From Giardia intestinalis (lineage: Eukaryota), in NCBI GenBank assembly GCA_000002435.2, contig CM018790.1: DNA of 64,000 bases; one strand, written 5' to 3'. How positions within the stretch are numbered: position 1 is the first letter of the stretch; the number at the start of each line of letters is the position of its first letter. Shown here piece by piece: positions 49,549-60,200 of the stretch. The notes under the pieces were generated by a model. It had not been told where the DNA came from, ran no database searches, and saw only the letters and a program-made list of their open reading frames with translations. The translations under genes and the position numbers were made by a program.

Positions 49549-51171
49549 ATGGTGGTTTCCCCCCATCATCTGAAGCGCCAGCGAATACCGCGCTTTCAAC
49601 GTATAGAGCCTGTTTCAAACCGCATGGTTGTGGACTCTCTCTCCAAAACGCGCAGGTCTCGATCATACCAACGCGGCTCTATTGCGATGCCTCACCTTTA
49701 CAATAACAGGGTGTATGCTCCTCCCCGGCCAAAAGTGGAGATGATGGGGGTAGAGCCCACAACCTGTGAGATAGCTCTCATATTCATCAACAGCATATTC
49801 GCTGCATTTTCCTCCATGTATGTTAATGACTCCATAGCGCCTTTGAGTGTTTACTTGACAAAGTACTACGAAAACATAAATGATGAGCTTATTGGCTGGC
49901 TCTCATCGGTGATATTCTGCCCGTCTCTCTTCATGGCCCTTGTCATTGCGCCCTTCATAAACCGCTATGGGCCCATGAATGTCGGCATTTTTTGCCATAT
50001 CTGGTTCATAGTAACAACTATCATAATGCCCTTCATTCAACACAACTATGTGGCTCTGCTGATCATGCGTATTGTCTTTGGTTTGCTATCCGAGCCTTCA
50101 TGGCTCGTACAATCTGCGCTCATTGCAAAGTATATGCCTTCTAGATTGGAATCTCTGGGCTTTGGGGTCTGTATGAGCATCTCAACCTCAGCGAATCTAT
50201 TGGGATTTGGGTTTATCCCGCCCCTATTTTCAAAGATTGACATCCACAAAATTCAGCATCCCATAAATAGACAAGATCCATTATTTCTCGAGTTTGAAAA
50301 TAAAATCAAATTGGCCTACTGGCTCAATGTTGTCGTGTGTGTAATCTCCTTCGGTATTTATCTTGCATGCGGACTACCTCTGTTGCGCATTGACAAAGCC
50401 ATCAAAAAGATCAACCAAGAGCGCGAAGACCAGTCGCTGGCGTTTAGACCGGAGCTTCCTGTCTATATGGATAAAAAGATTTTGCCCACACTCCCCAGCA
50501 AGAGCAATCGCATACCCTTCCTATACAAATTGAAGCATGCATTTATGCTTCCTATGGACTACTGGCCGCCAAATTTAGCTTTTTCACTTCTCCTGGGGTG
50601 TGCATACGGTTGCCAGACGCTGATACTGAGTTATCTCTCTGCAAACAAGAATGGCATTTCAGAGGAAACCGTGGAATATTTTGGCATAGTCCGATCAGTC
50701 ATGAGCGTTGTCGGAGGGCCGGTTAGCGGTTTGCTGGTTGGAGCTATCGGACAGAGGCCACTTCTAACCCTCCTAGGGTATATCATGGCCATTGCAGGCT
50801 TTGTACTAACTATCTTCCTCCCTGACTGGTACAATATGATTCCAATGGCAATGATAGGGTTTGTGGACGGTGGGAGTGCAGCGTTCACCAAGAGTTTGCT
50901 CAGCAGCGTGGTGCCGTATGACCAGCTCAGCATCGCATACGCCATCGACGAGAGCCTGCTCAATCTCTGGCAGTTTGCTCTCCCGCCGATTGCCGGCCGG
51001 ATAAGTGACGTGATGAAGGAGACAGACAGCGCTGGAAAGCCAACCGAGCGGTCCTTTGGTACCCCGCTGTTTTATTCAATTGCAACAGGAATAGGCCTAA
51101 TACCCGCTGTGACTCTCGTCATCAGAGACCGGACCCGCTTTCGTGGGAAGCTGAGCCTCAGACCCGAGTAA
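49549..51171 (+). CDS. Major facilitator superfamily-like transporter (12 predicted TM)
   Basis: 540 aa with about 12 hydrophobic helices in a 6+6 arrangement around a central loop. The basic N-terminal 64 aa precede the first TM, so the alternative start at MMGVEPTT is possible. Confidence 0.6.
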   Translation: MVVSPHHLKRQRIPRFQRIEPVSNRMVVDSLSKTRRSRSYQRGSIAMPHLYNNRVYAPPRPKVEMMGVEPTTCEIALIFINSIFAAFSSMYVNDSIAPLSVYLTKYYENINDELIGWLSSVIFCPSLFMALVIAPFINRYGPMNVGIFCHIWFIVTTIIMPFIQHNYVALLIMRIVFGLLSEPSWLVQSALIAKYMPSRLESLGFGVCMSISTSANLLGFGFIPPLFSKIDIHKIQHPINRQDPLFLEFENKIKLAYWLNVVVCVISFGIYLACGLPLLRIDKAIKKINQEREDQSLAFRPELPVYMDKKILPTLPSKSNRIPFLYKLKHAFMLPMDYWPPNLAFSLLLGCAYGCQTLILSYLSANKNGISEETVEYFGIVRSVMSVVGGPVSGLLVGAIGQRPLLTLLGYIMAIAGFVLTIFLPDWYNMIPMAMIGFVDGGSAAFTKSLLSSVVPYDQLSIAYAIDESLLNLWQFALPPIAGRISDVMKETDSAGKPTERSFGTPLFYSIATGIGLIPAVTLVIRDRTRFRGKLSLRPE

Positions 51172-51563
51172 ATGGCTGGAGCCACATAAAGACTTCATGA
51201 TATCCGGAGGAAAGTTCCGGTTTTAGCAGTAGCCAGACGTGAGTTATGGATGCGCATTGACGATGCAGGACGCTAAACCCCGTTGATTACTTCTAAACAA
51301 TACACCCTACGAAAGCTCGTGCATGCGATGATGTACTCTATCTCGCAGCGATAACTCATCGATATGGCCCAGGTGCTTTCCACTGTTGCGCAAATACTTA
51401 TATGTACACTGCCAAACTGAGGGGCAAAGATGGCTTAACAGAACATAGTAGCAATTGATGGCTGCAGAAGGCTGCTTGTAGCGTCACCAGTGTAGGTTGA
51501 TACAGGTCCATAAAGACACTGTCCCGGAGAATGCTTCAGCAATTTTACAGTGAGACAGGCATT

Positions 51564-52471
51564 TCACCGAATGTGCTGTTTACTAGGGTGTAGAATATCT
51601 ACAATAATAGCTTCAGTGGTGCTAGTGAGGCGGTTCTCAGGATGATCGACTGCGGGGTTGGTACTGTGCAGAGTGCAGCCCAGTGACTTGTGTCCTTCAT
51701 TCAACACCGTTCCAGTACTACGTTCGTTAGGAGAGGTGATGGGTGCCTGGAGTAGTCTGACGAGCTCCCTGGCTGTTGATCTTTGAGTGTGGTCTAGAAC
51801 AAGCACTTTCTTGAGGATACTCCTTATGAGGTCATCTTCAACTGCACTCAGGCTGAGCCTTCACCCGTCGACGAAGACATTCCTCAGGTGCTGCTCCCAG
51901 GAGATCAGGCATTTGAAAGCGGAGAGCTCGTAGGCAATAGCACCGAAGACCCGACGTCGGACGCAGGACCGGTCTCGCCCCTGAGGTGGGTCTTGGGGGC
52001 CATGTATGCTTGGTTCCCAAAATGGCACTCCCATTGTGCAGGACATCCTTCAGAGCCCGAAGTCCGCAAGAGCTGAGCCTGCCATCTCTGCTGGCATCGA
52101 CCTTGTCGGGGTCGTGAAGGTAGGCGAGGATGATGGCAATCTGCTCCATGATGGAGAGCATTGCATCGATAGGGTTGTCGGTTCTTGCACAATCGGTAAT
52201 CGCATCTTGAGGCACCGATCCCAGCGGTCCATGACGATGAAGACAGATCAGGCGTCTCTGAGCACCTGGTAGTGCCTAATGGCATCTAGGTGTGAGCGTC
52301 TGGAAATGGTGGCCAGCACGACCCAGTGGCCTCCGTGAGCTTCCCACTCTGAGCCTTGGATAACTACCTATCACATGGACAGTACCAAAACTGCCCACAT
52401 CAAGCACCCCTCCTCGCATCGATGCAGCTCGTCGGCGGGCACAGGATATCGAGTGCACCGTCCCCGGCCAT
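51564..52471 (-). pseudogene. Degraded paralog of the NEK-like kinase gene 9964..10841, lying immediately 3' of the VSP
   Basis: Minus-strand nucleotide and peptide similarity to the intact kinase extends from the ATG (MAGDGALDILCPP ~ MHAASSGSATIAFSAP) through ...HYQVLRDA, DCARTDNPIDAMLSIMEQIAIILAYLHDP, ADFGL/KDVLHNGSAILG and TARELVRLLQAPITSP. It is split over 3 frames with in-frame stops, and the catalytic-loop segment is deleted. Confidence 0.65.
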
Positions 52472-52603
52472 GACGGTATCAACGGCACTGTGCAGAGCAC
52501 GCTCGGGGGCAGGGGAGCGGCCACCCCTGCTCCCGGTTGCAGGCTGGCTGGCGAAGTATACGAGGCGCACCCGCTTGTCAGGCAGCTGCACCACTAGTGA
52601 CGC

Positions 52604-52610
52604 ATTTACT
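52604..52610 (-). promoter_or_regulatory. AGTRAAY polyadenylation signal (AGTAAAT) of VSP 52618..54816
   Basis: Minus-strand sequence after the CRGKA stop: tgacttaggtAGTAAATgcg. Confidence 0.55.
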
Positions 52611-52617
52611 ACCTAAG

Positions 52618-54816
52618 TCACGCCTTCCCCCTGCAGAGGAACCACCAGCAGAGGAAGCCCACGAGGCCCCCCACGACAGCGACCACAGCGACGGAGATCC
52701 CCGCGATGGCCCCCGTGGAGAGCCCGCTCCTGTTGGTGTTCTGTATGAGGTAGCAGAGGACAGGCCCTTTATTGTTGGTTGGGGGAGCGCAGTTGGCGCA
52801 GTTGGCGACGCCGGTGATGGATCCGCCGTCGCTCTTGTCGCATGCTATGCACTTTTCTTTGGACAGGTAGTACCCTGCAGCGCACACCGTGCACTTGGTG
52901 GCGTCGTCCGCATTGCACTCGGAGCACCCAGTGGCGCAGGGAACGCACTTCTTAGTGTTACCGCCAGTCTTAGCATATCCAGCCTTGCACGTGTCGCACT
53001 GGTCCTGGCTGGTGCACGTCTTACATCCGGCCGAGCAAGTGATGAGCGCGCCGTTATTCAGTTTGTACCCGTCGGCCGGAGTCTGACAGGTATCGCCGGC
53101 CGGTGCTGCCTCCTCACAGACGTTCTTTCCAGGGAACTTAGTCGTCTCGTAGCAGCCCCCGTTCATACGAAGAAATCCGTTGGTGCATGAATTACACATA
53201 CCCTTGGCAACGCTTCCAGCCTTACAAGTGGCTGCAGCACGGACAGTTGTTGAGCTACAGACGCCATTTTGAGGATACTCTGTCGCTGTGGCGCACTCAG
53301 AGCAGTAGCTAGCACCATCGATAGTGAGCCCACACGTCTTGCATGCTCCTGCTCCTGTGCCCGTTGCGCATCCAGCTCCGCACGTGCCCTTAGTACCGTC
53401 GTCCCCGTACCTGAGTGCTTTTCCGGTGGGACACTCGGTGCAGTCGCTGGCAGTGCCTGCGCTGCATGTCTTGCAGCTTTCGTGGCACGGAGAGCATGCG
53501 TCGCCGTTTTTATAGAATCCGTCGCTGCATGCTTGGCACTGCCCTTGCCCATCGCAAGTCTTGCAGTTAGCCGCAGTGCACTCTTTACAGATTTTCTTTG
53601 CTCCTTCGGTAGCTCCATAGTAGTTTCCAATCTTAGCGCAGCTGTCTATGCACTGGCTTGTCGGCGTGAGATATGTGCTACTATCACAGTCTGTGCAGAC
53701 CTCGTTCTCCTTTCCTTCGTTGCTGCACGCCTTGCATCCGGGGGTCTTGCAGTTGCTTACCGCCTCGCACGTAGTTTTGTCGGCACTAGGCTTGTATCCA
53801 TCCGTGCAGGCGGAGCATGTAACGAGGGCAGCCCCTGATCGGCCACTAACCAGAGCACACGTGGCGCAATTGGCAATTCCGTCGGTGCTGTCATTACAAG
53901 GGAGGCATTTATTTCCTGCACTGCTGTCATCCTTGGGGAAGAAGCCGTCTTTGCATTGGTCTTTTTGTACGCACGACGTGCCTTCGCTTGTGGTTTTCAG
54001 GTAGTTGTTATCGGTGCATTTTGTACACTTGATCTTCTTAGATTGCTCATCGTAGCTGCAGGTGTCGCAATTGGCAACGCCACCATTGAGGTTATCGCTG
54101 CAAGAAACACATTTGTTGCCATTCTCAGAATCATCAACTGCAACGAACTTATTAGTGCTACCAGAATCGCACTGGGCTTTATCCACACACGTATTATCCT
54201 TGAGGTACTTATCCTGGCCGCACCTGGTGCACTTGGCGTCTCCGCCGGCAGCGTCTGTCAGCGCCGCCCCGTCGCATCTCTCGCAGTACTGCACCCCCCT
54301 GTACGTTTTGCCGCTGTCGGTGAACCCGGTCGTGTCCGAGCACGATACCACAGAGTCCTTGGTATTCGCCCTCAGCGGGTTGAGGAAGTACCCCGGGGCC
54401 GCCTCGGTGCATACGCCATCTCCGTCGGAACTTAAGCACAGGCTGTGTCCAGGAAGGCCTTCTCCGCTGGAATAACAGCCGTCCTTGTACATGAATGAGT
54501 TGCCTCCGCACGTCGTACAAGCCCCGCTGGCGTGTGCTTTGCAAAGAGCTTTTTTATCCGCCTGCGTCTCCACGTCCTCACAAGCACCGTTCACGGGGGC
54601 GTAGTTTGCTCCGTTGCACTCGGAGCAGTATTGTTCTTGGCCGATGGTGACGCCACACGTTTTACACTTTCCATCGTCAGCTTCTTGGGTGCAGGCTGTC
54701 CGTGCCAGCTGAAGGATGACGATCGCGAGCAAAAATCTGCCGAACATTGGGCCGCCGACCTGCTGGGCGGCGCCGGCCTTCCCTGGGAGAGGCGGGGTCG
54801 TCTGATGTGCCGACAT
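52618..54816 (-). CDS. Variant-specific surface protein (VSP), full length; mosaic paralog of 24541..26724
   Basis: 732 aa, rich in CXXC motifs, ending in a TM helix and ...FLCRGKA. AGTAAAT follows the stop (52604..52610). The first 40 codons are identical to the other VSP, and the ~140-aa block YKPSADKTTCEAVSNCKTPGCKACSNEGKENEVCTDC...GKALRYGDDGTKGTCG is also identical. The alternative signal-peptide start is at 54747. Confidence 0.9.
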   Translation of the reverse strand: MSAHQTTPPLPGKAGAAQQVGGPMFGRFLLAIVILQLARTACTQEADDGKCKTCGVTIGQEQYCSECNGANYAPVNGACEDVETQADKKALCKAHASGACTTCGGNSFMYKDGCYSSGEGLPGHSLCLSSDGDGVCTEAAPGYFLNPLRANTKDSVVSCSDTTGFTDSGKTYRGVQYCERCDGAALTDAAGGDAKCTRCGQDKYLKDNTCVDKAQCDSGSTNKFVAVDDSENGNKCVSCSDNLNGGVANCDTCSYDEQSKKIKCTKCTDNNYLKTTSEGTSCVQKDQCKDGFFPKDDSSAGNKCLPCNDSTDGIANCATCALVSGRSGAALVTCSACTDGYKPSADKTTCEAVSNCKTPGCKACSNEGKENEVCTDCDSSTYLTPTSQCIDSCAKIGNYYGATEGAKKICKECTAANCKTCDGQGQCQACSDGFYKNGDACSPCHESCKTCSAGTASDCTECPTGKALRYGDDGTKGTCGAGCATGTGAGACKTCGLTIDGASYCSECATATEYPQNGVCSSTTVRAAATCKAGSVAKGMCNSCTNGFLRMNGGCYETTKFPGKNVCEEAAPAGDTCQTPADGYKLNNGALITCSAGCKTCTSQDQCDTCKAGYAKTGGNTKKCVPCATGCSECNADDATKCTVCAAGYYLSKEKCIACDKSDGGSITGVANCANCAPPTNNKGPVLCYLIQNTNRSGLSTGAIAGISVAVVAVVGGLVGFLCWWFLCRGKA

Positions 54817-55252
54817 GCACTAACAACGGCTACTGAACGTTAAAGTAACCAGCATTCACACTGGTATTTCGTTACTGACAGAGTAAAGTATGATTATGCG
54901 CTAGAGATAAGGTCCCAAGTCTGGATTTGCATTAGGATGAGCGAGTACACCACCAATTAATTAAGACAGCGTAAACACACTACAATTATATAACCAATAT
55001 CAAATGAAGCTGATTAGATGCGTACCTTTATAGGCTCCATGGCCATATGTACTCCTGACTTGGAATTTAAATGAATTTTAACAGCTCAGTGTGCACCTAG
55101 TTCACATGTCAAGTTGCCAATTGTCAAGTCGACCAGATGAGTGACAGCTTAACGGCAGGTGTAATCAGCATACTAAGAGATGACTAGGTGATGGGGGCTC
55201 ATATTAAATTAAAAAGCTTGCCCATCAACCACAAACAAATTTTTTGCCAAAA

Positions 55253-56464
55253 ATGTCTCTCTCCTCGGACTTCATCCGTACACCCATTTTCGATAAGATT
55301 CTGTCCACGATAACAGCCAGCATAACAGACTTTAGCACTCGGCAAGCGCCTCTTTTAGCCTATTCGACCATCGAGCCCTCTATGCAGAACGTTAAGAGCG
55401 CATCTGCCGCTGCTGCTCCTGCTGCTCTTTCTCCGTACGTCATAAACCTCATAGACGACACCATATCTAGATTCAAAAAGCATCCTTTTAGACTTAGTTT
55501 TGATATCAATCATCATCAACCTGAGAAGTTAGAGGCCCTTAACGCCAGTATTGTGTTCCAGTATCCATATAAACTGAGTCCAGTTGACCGAAAGAAGCTC
55601 TCTCCTACAGATCCTATTCTGGGAAGTTGGGCCAAAGGGGTCATCTGCGCGCACGTTCAGGGTTGGAAGGGAAGACGGATGGCCAGGTCCTTGATAACTC
55701 CACGAGATGTGCTTCCATTGACAGAGATGCACCTGTATCGTTGCCAGCAGGCGGTTCTTCGCGCCCGCAAGGAGCAGAATGTTATCCCAGTCAACGTGCA
55801 GACGGGGCAACCTGCGGTTTCCGACAAGAAGAAGGTTCTGTCGTCAATACTCACTACTCCTGGATCCACTCCCGTGGCCAGTACACCCTCTGGATCAGGG
55901 CTCAATCTCCAACTTATCCGAGACAATCGCGCAATTCTCAAATCTGTTCTGAAAGAATTCAATGTCCAGTTTGAGAAGCGGTTTAATAGAGAGCCCAGTA
56001 GGACAGAGAAGGAGGCCCTCCGTCCCCTCTATGTTGAATACAAAACTCTTAAGGTGTTTCTTCCGGATGACGACGACGATGATAAGCCGAGCAAGTCCAC
56101 AGGACGTGAGAAGCGTAATCCTACGACTGCAGGATCTGGAAAGTTGGGTTCGGCTGAATCCGAAGCCCTTATTCTTTCTAAGGTTGCACAGGTTCGTGCA
56201 ACTGTTGAAGAAGCGAATAAGTTCTTGCAACGGCCAGTGCCTACGGATCAGGCGCGTCTAAAGCAGTTCAAACGAGAGGTACAGAAGTGTCTCTTTGAAC
56301 TGAAGGAGCAATACGAGACCGTACACGCTGATGTTAATGCTTACAAAGTCAAAACAGGCAAATACCCCGGGGATCTGACATCTAAATGGGCACAGAATTG
56401 TGTTGATACGTATCATATGCTTTATAGCGCATATGAAAAGATCAAGCGGAAGCTGGACGCGTAG
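55253..56464 (+). CDS. Hypothetical protein (~403 aa)
   Basis: The track ORF starts at TTG (55244). The first ATG is at 55253 in the context tttttgccaaaaATG (MSLSSDFIRTP...). The C-terminus looks like a charged coiled coil. Confidence 0.65.
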   Translation: MSLSSDFIRTPIFDKILSTITASITDFSTRQAPLLAYSTIEPSMQNVKSASAAAAPAALSPYVINLIDDTISRFKKHPFRLSFDINHHQPEKLEALNASIVFQYPYKLSPVDRKKLSPTDPILGSWAKGVICAHVQGWKGRRMARSLITPRDVLPLTEMHLYRCQQAVLRARKEQNVIPVNVQTGQPAVSDKKKVLSSILTTPGSTPVASTPSGSGLNLQLIRDNRAILKSVLKEFNVQFEKRFNREPSRTEKEALRPLYVEYKTLKVFLPDDDDDDKPSKSTGREKRNPTTAGSGKLGSAESEALILSKVAQVRATVEEANKFLQRPVPTDQARLKQFKREVQKCLFELKEQYETVHADVNAYKVKTGKYPGDLTSKWAQNCVDTYHMLYSAYEKIKRKLDA

Positions 56465-56592
56465 CTGACCTCTTGCATCACATAAACTCTCAGTTTTGTC
56501 TTTCACAGCGTCCCCGCTACACTTGCAACACTGCCCAATTGTCCTCTTATGTACGACCCAGGCATTTACTTTGTGCTCGGCACGTCCTCGGG

Positions 56593-57084
56593 TTAGCAAA
56601 GCGGCCCAAGTATGTTGAGTGCACACTTATCCACGCCATCTACTACGTACGTGTTCATTCTAAATCGCACCAATGTCCCCGGGCGTAGCCTGAAGGAGAC
56701 AAGAAGGCCCATGGAGGGACGACCAGGGGTCCGAACCCACTCCCTTAGGTCCTCAATAGAGCAGTAGCTTGCTCCAGTATCTAGATCCTTCACTGAGACA
56801 TAGTCATCAACGTTGACGTCTATCTGGCGTGCCGGGATGCGATCAAGAGGTATGGTCTTTACCTGAGAAAGAGGTTGGCTGAAAGAGAATTTCAGACGGA
56901 ATCTGTCCGCTCCTCTGTATGTACCAATTATCTCTGAGGATATCCAATTGGATATGACGCCTTTTTCGTCGTGAAGAACCACATCAGACTGTCGTGCCGC
57001 CGTACTAAAGTAGACGTTTTCCTTAGTGTAGATGCATGCTGCTCTGGCGATCGTGGGCATACGAATCTTCTCTGGCGCTTGCAT
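56593..57084 (-). CDS. Small hypothetical protein (163 aa)
   Basis: The only substantial ORF in the 820-bp gap between flanking genes. ATG start, but no A-rich context and no homology. Confidence 0.35.
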   Translation of the reverse strand: MQAPEKIRMPTIARAACIYTKENVYFSTAARQSDVVLHDEKGVISNWISSEIIGTYRGADRFRLKFSFSQPLSQVKTIPLDRIPARQIDVNVDDYVSVKDLDTGASYCSIEDLREWVRTPGRPSMGLLVSFRLRPGTLVRFRMNTYVVDGVDKCALNILGPLC

Positions 57085-57287
57085 GGGTGCTCTCTGTCAA
57101 GATGATCAGACTCTTGAGCCCTTGGAGATTTGAAAAACAAATGTTAAGCGATCTGGGCTGCTATAGCCGGTGTACATCCCCACACATTTTTGCACACAGT
57201 TTAAAGCGTCTCGTGCTTTCCGACTTAACGAGTCTTCTTTTACATTACCAAAAATAAGAAACCTGTTTCTGATCTGTTTTAGCGACA

Positions 57288-60200
57288 ATGTGGGATAATC
57301 AAGCAGCTACCACTCCACGGCAGACGCCATTTAGTGACGACGCACATCACCGTGATGAGGTAGGGCTTGTTGGTACAGGACTTGTTAGAAAAAAGGGACT
57401 TGGGCTTATGACTACGATCCTCGTAGTTCCTCTTCATCAGCATCCGCCAGAGGTACAGATAAAGATTGCGCATGCTATGCGTGACTGCTTGAATATCACC
57501 AATCCCTATTTGGCCAGTTATGTAGACGTTACTCACAGCATGCGAGAAGCTAAACTTACCATTGAGACGGAGTTCTTTGGCCGTGGTTCTCTTCGGAAAA
57601 AGATCGACTCTCACTTTAAGCATGGTCTAATTTTTCCTGAAGCAGAGATTTGGAACGTGGTAGCACACATTGCTGCTGGGCTTGCCTATCTTCATAGCCC
57701 TCTTCCACTGCCAGGAAAGAAGGCTGGCTTTCTTCTTCATCTTGGTCTGTCCCCGGACTCATTAATGGTTTATAGTGACGCAGAGTACAAGCTCACAGCG
57801 TATTCTATCAGACAACTTCTGTTTCGGCCCATCCCGCCCGCGGAGTATGCACGGATAATCGGTATCGAATCGGAAAATGCACGTTGGTATATGGCCCCAG
57901 AGCTGCGTCGGGCCTTTTCCAGGTATGGTAGTTTGTGTCAATTGAGTACTAAGTGTGACATTTGGTCTCTGGGCATATTGTTACTGGATATGGTGTCTCT
58001 AGCGCTTTACAGAGACAACACCTCCGATCCTTCGACGGAGCTGGTGAAGAACGACAGCACAATTCCTGCTGTTATTATACTGCCCAATGATGACCGGCCA
58101 CTCAGAGTCAAGATGGACGATCTGAGTGAAGAGCATAATAATAGTACGGATGACGAAGATGCCAAGAGGGTTTCTACGACTTCCTTGTCTTCTTCCGTCG
58201 ACTACCATGGGTTCTGTCATCCTCCACGGTCTCTTCTTAAAACACTCTTGGACGACGGCTTGGACACACCTTATTCAAAGGAGCTTATCACCCTGATCAA
58301 GCAGTGTGTCTCAGAAGATCCCTCGGAGAGGCCTTCTGCCACAATCATATGCAAGCTCCCGTCCGTTCAGGAGGCTTTTTTGCGCTTAGAGGCACATAGG
58401 CTTGAAGATCACAAGTTATTACTGCAGGCGTTGCGGTTGAACGATGTGGCAGCTATACGAACATATATTAGAAGCTTTGATGCCAGTCCTTCGGATATTC
58501 TAAAAGACATCCTCAGTCCATGCTATACTCCGTACATTCAGATTTTCAGCGAGCGCATTCTCCTAAAGAATCTCTTTGTTACACTACCGAGCAGATCCGG
58601 AACCCCGACCTATATTTACACAGACCTCATGCAGGCAGCCGAGTGTGGTGATATACCTGCAATAGAAGCGTCCATCAATCGGGACTTTGGCTATATGTAC
58701 ATGGGATTTTCCAGTGGAACAGCTCTAATGATGGCTGCAAGGGAAGGAAACACAGAGTGTATAAAGCTCTTATTGGCAGAAGTCGGGATAGTAACGGCCA
58801 AAGGAGAGACAGCGCTAATGTATGCGGCTCAGAACGGGTGTCTAGCGGCTACGCAACTCTTACTTTGTGAGGCAAGAAAGCAGAATTATTATGGTGAAAC
58901 TGCTCTTATGTATGCTGTGCAGAACGGATTCGTTCACATAGTCAACCTACTAGCTGCTCGAGAGGCCCAACTTCAGCGAAAGGATGGGCTGACGGCCCTA
59001 ATGCTTGCTGCCAAGCTCGGTCGTGGAAGATGCGTGGCGATCCTAATGCATCACGAGGCGCAAATGCGTTCTTCTTTGGGAGAAACTGCTTTGGAGCTCG
59101 CTCTGAAGTATAGACATGGGCACTGTGCCGACCTGCTTCTGGATTATGAATCTGGCCTGATTTGTAGCAACGGAGCGTCTCCCCTGAGGTTTGCAGTAGA
59201 TAATGGAGCTATCAAAGTTGTCCCGCGTCTATTATATCTTTGCAGATCAATGGAATCGTCCTACTTCATTAATATGATCTATGTGCTGGTTTCAGGGCAA
59301 ACTGCGGAATGCTATGCCAGTCTTCTCATTGCTTACAATCAGCTACTCGACAAGAAACTCTCGCTAACTGTCACTGAGCCAGAGGCAAAGCGTGCCCATC
59401 AAGACAACTGCATCAATGCGTTTTGCTGGGCCCTTAATATGATGAGACCAGATTGTGCATGGAAGGTTCCCATTTTAGTCGACCTCACGGTGCCCCCTGC
59501 TGCAACGTCTGAGGAGCTCTGGGCCTCTGTTCTTGTGCCATATATGGAGAAAAGAGGCATTAGCTGTCAGCTCATTGAGGCCCTTCTTAATTATTCGATT
59601 ATGAAGAAGGATCACGAAATGGTGTGGCATTTGACGCAGTATATTGCAGAGCACACAGATACCATAATCGTCAGCACATGGAAGAGGCACGGAGATCGGG
59701 TTAACTTTAAAACTCGATTAATGGAAAATGCTGAGAACGGGGATCTTTCCGGTGTGCTTGCCAACATGGACCAGTTAGGCTACGTGTATGGAAATGACAC
59801 GGCTCTCTTGCTTGCGGCCAAAAATCATCACTTTGACTGCATTAAGCTTCTCTTGTGTGAGCAAGGCATTACTGGGCCAGACTGTGTCACAGCCCTTATG
59901 GTTACTGCCTGCAAGGGCGATGTCGAATCGCTAAAGCTCCTGTTAACAGAATCGTCCCGTTGTGATGAAGATGGAAACTCTGCTCTGATGCTTGCAGCAG
60001 AAGCAGGACATGACGCATGTGTGCAGTTGCTTATTAAGAGGTGCAAGGTTTACCAAGATCGTGCGGGGCGAACGGCGCTGATTCGCGCCGCGGAGGCCTG
60101 CAATCTAAGCACTGTTAATCTTCTCAGGAACGAAATTGGAGTTGGAGGAATGACAAGGCTTATGGTGTCTGCTGTTCTGGGAGAGGTGAATGGCGTCAAG

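Noticed and set aside
51838-52285. ORFs 51838..52215 and 51905..52285 as intact genes
   Set aside because: They are frame fragments of the degraded kinase paralog, with homology split across three frames and internal stops, so they are annotated as a pseudogene instead.
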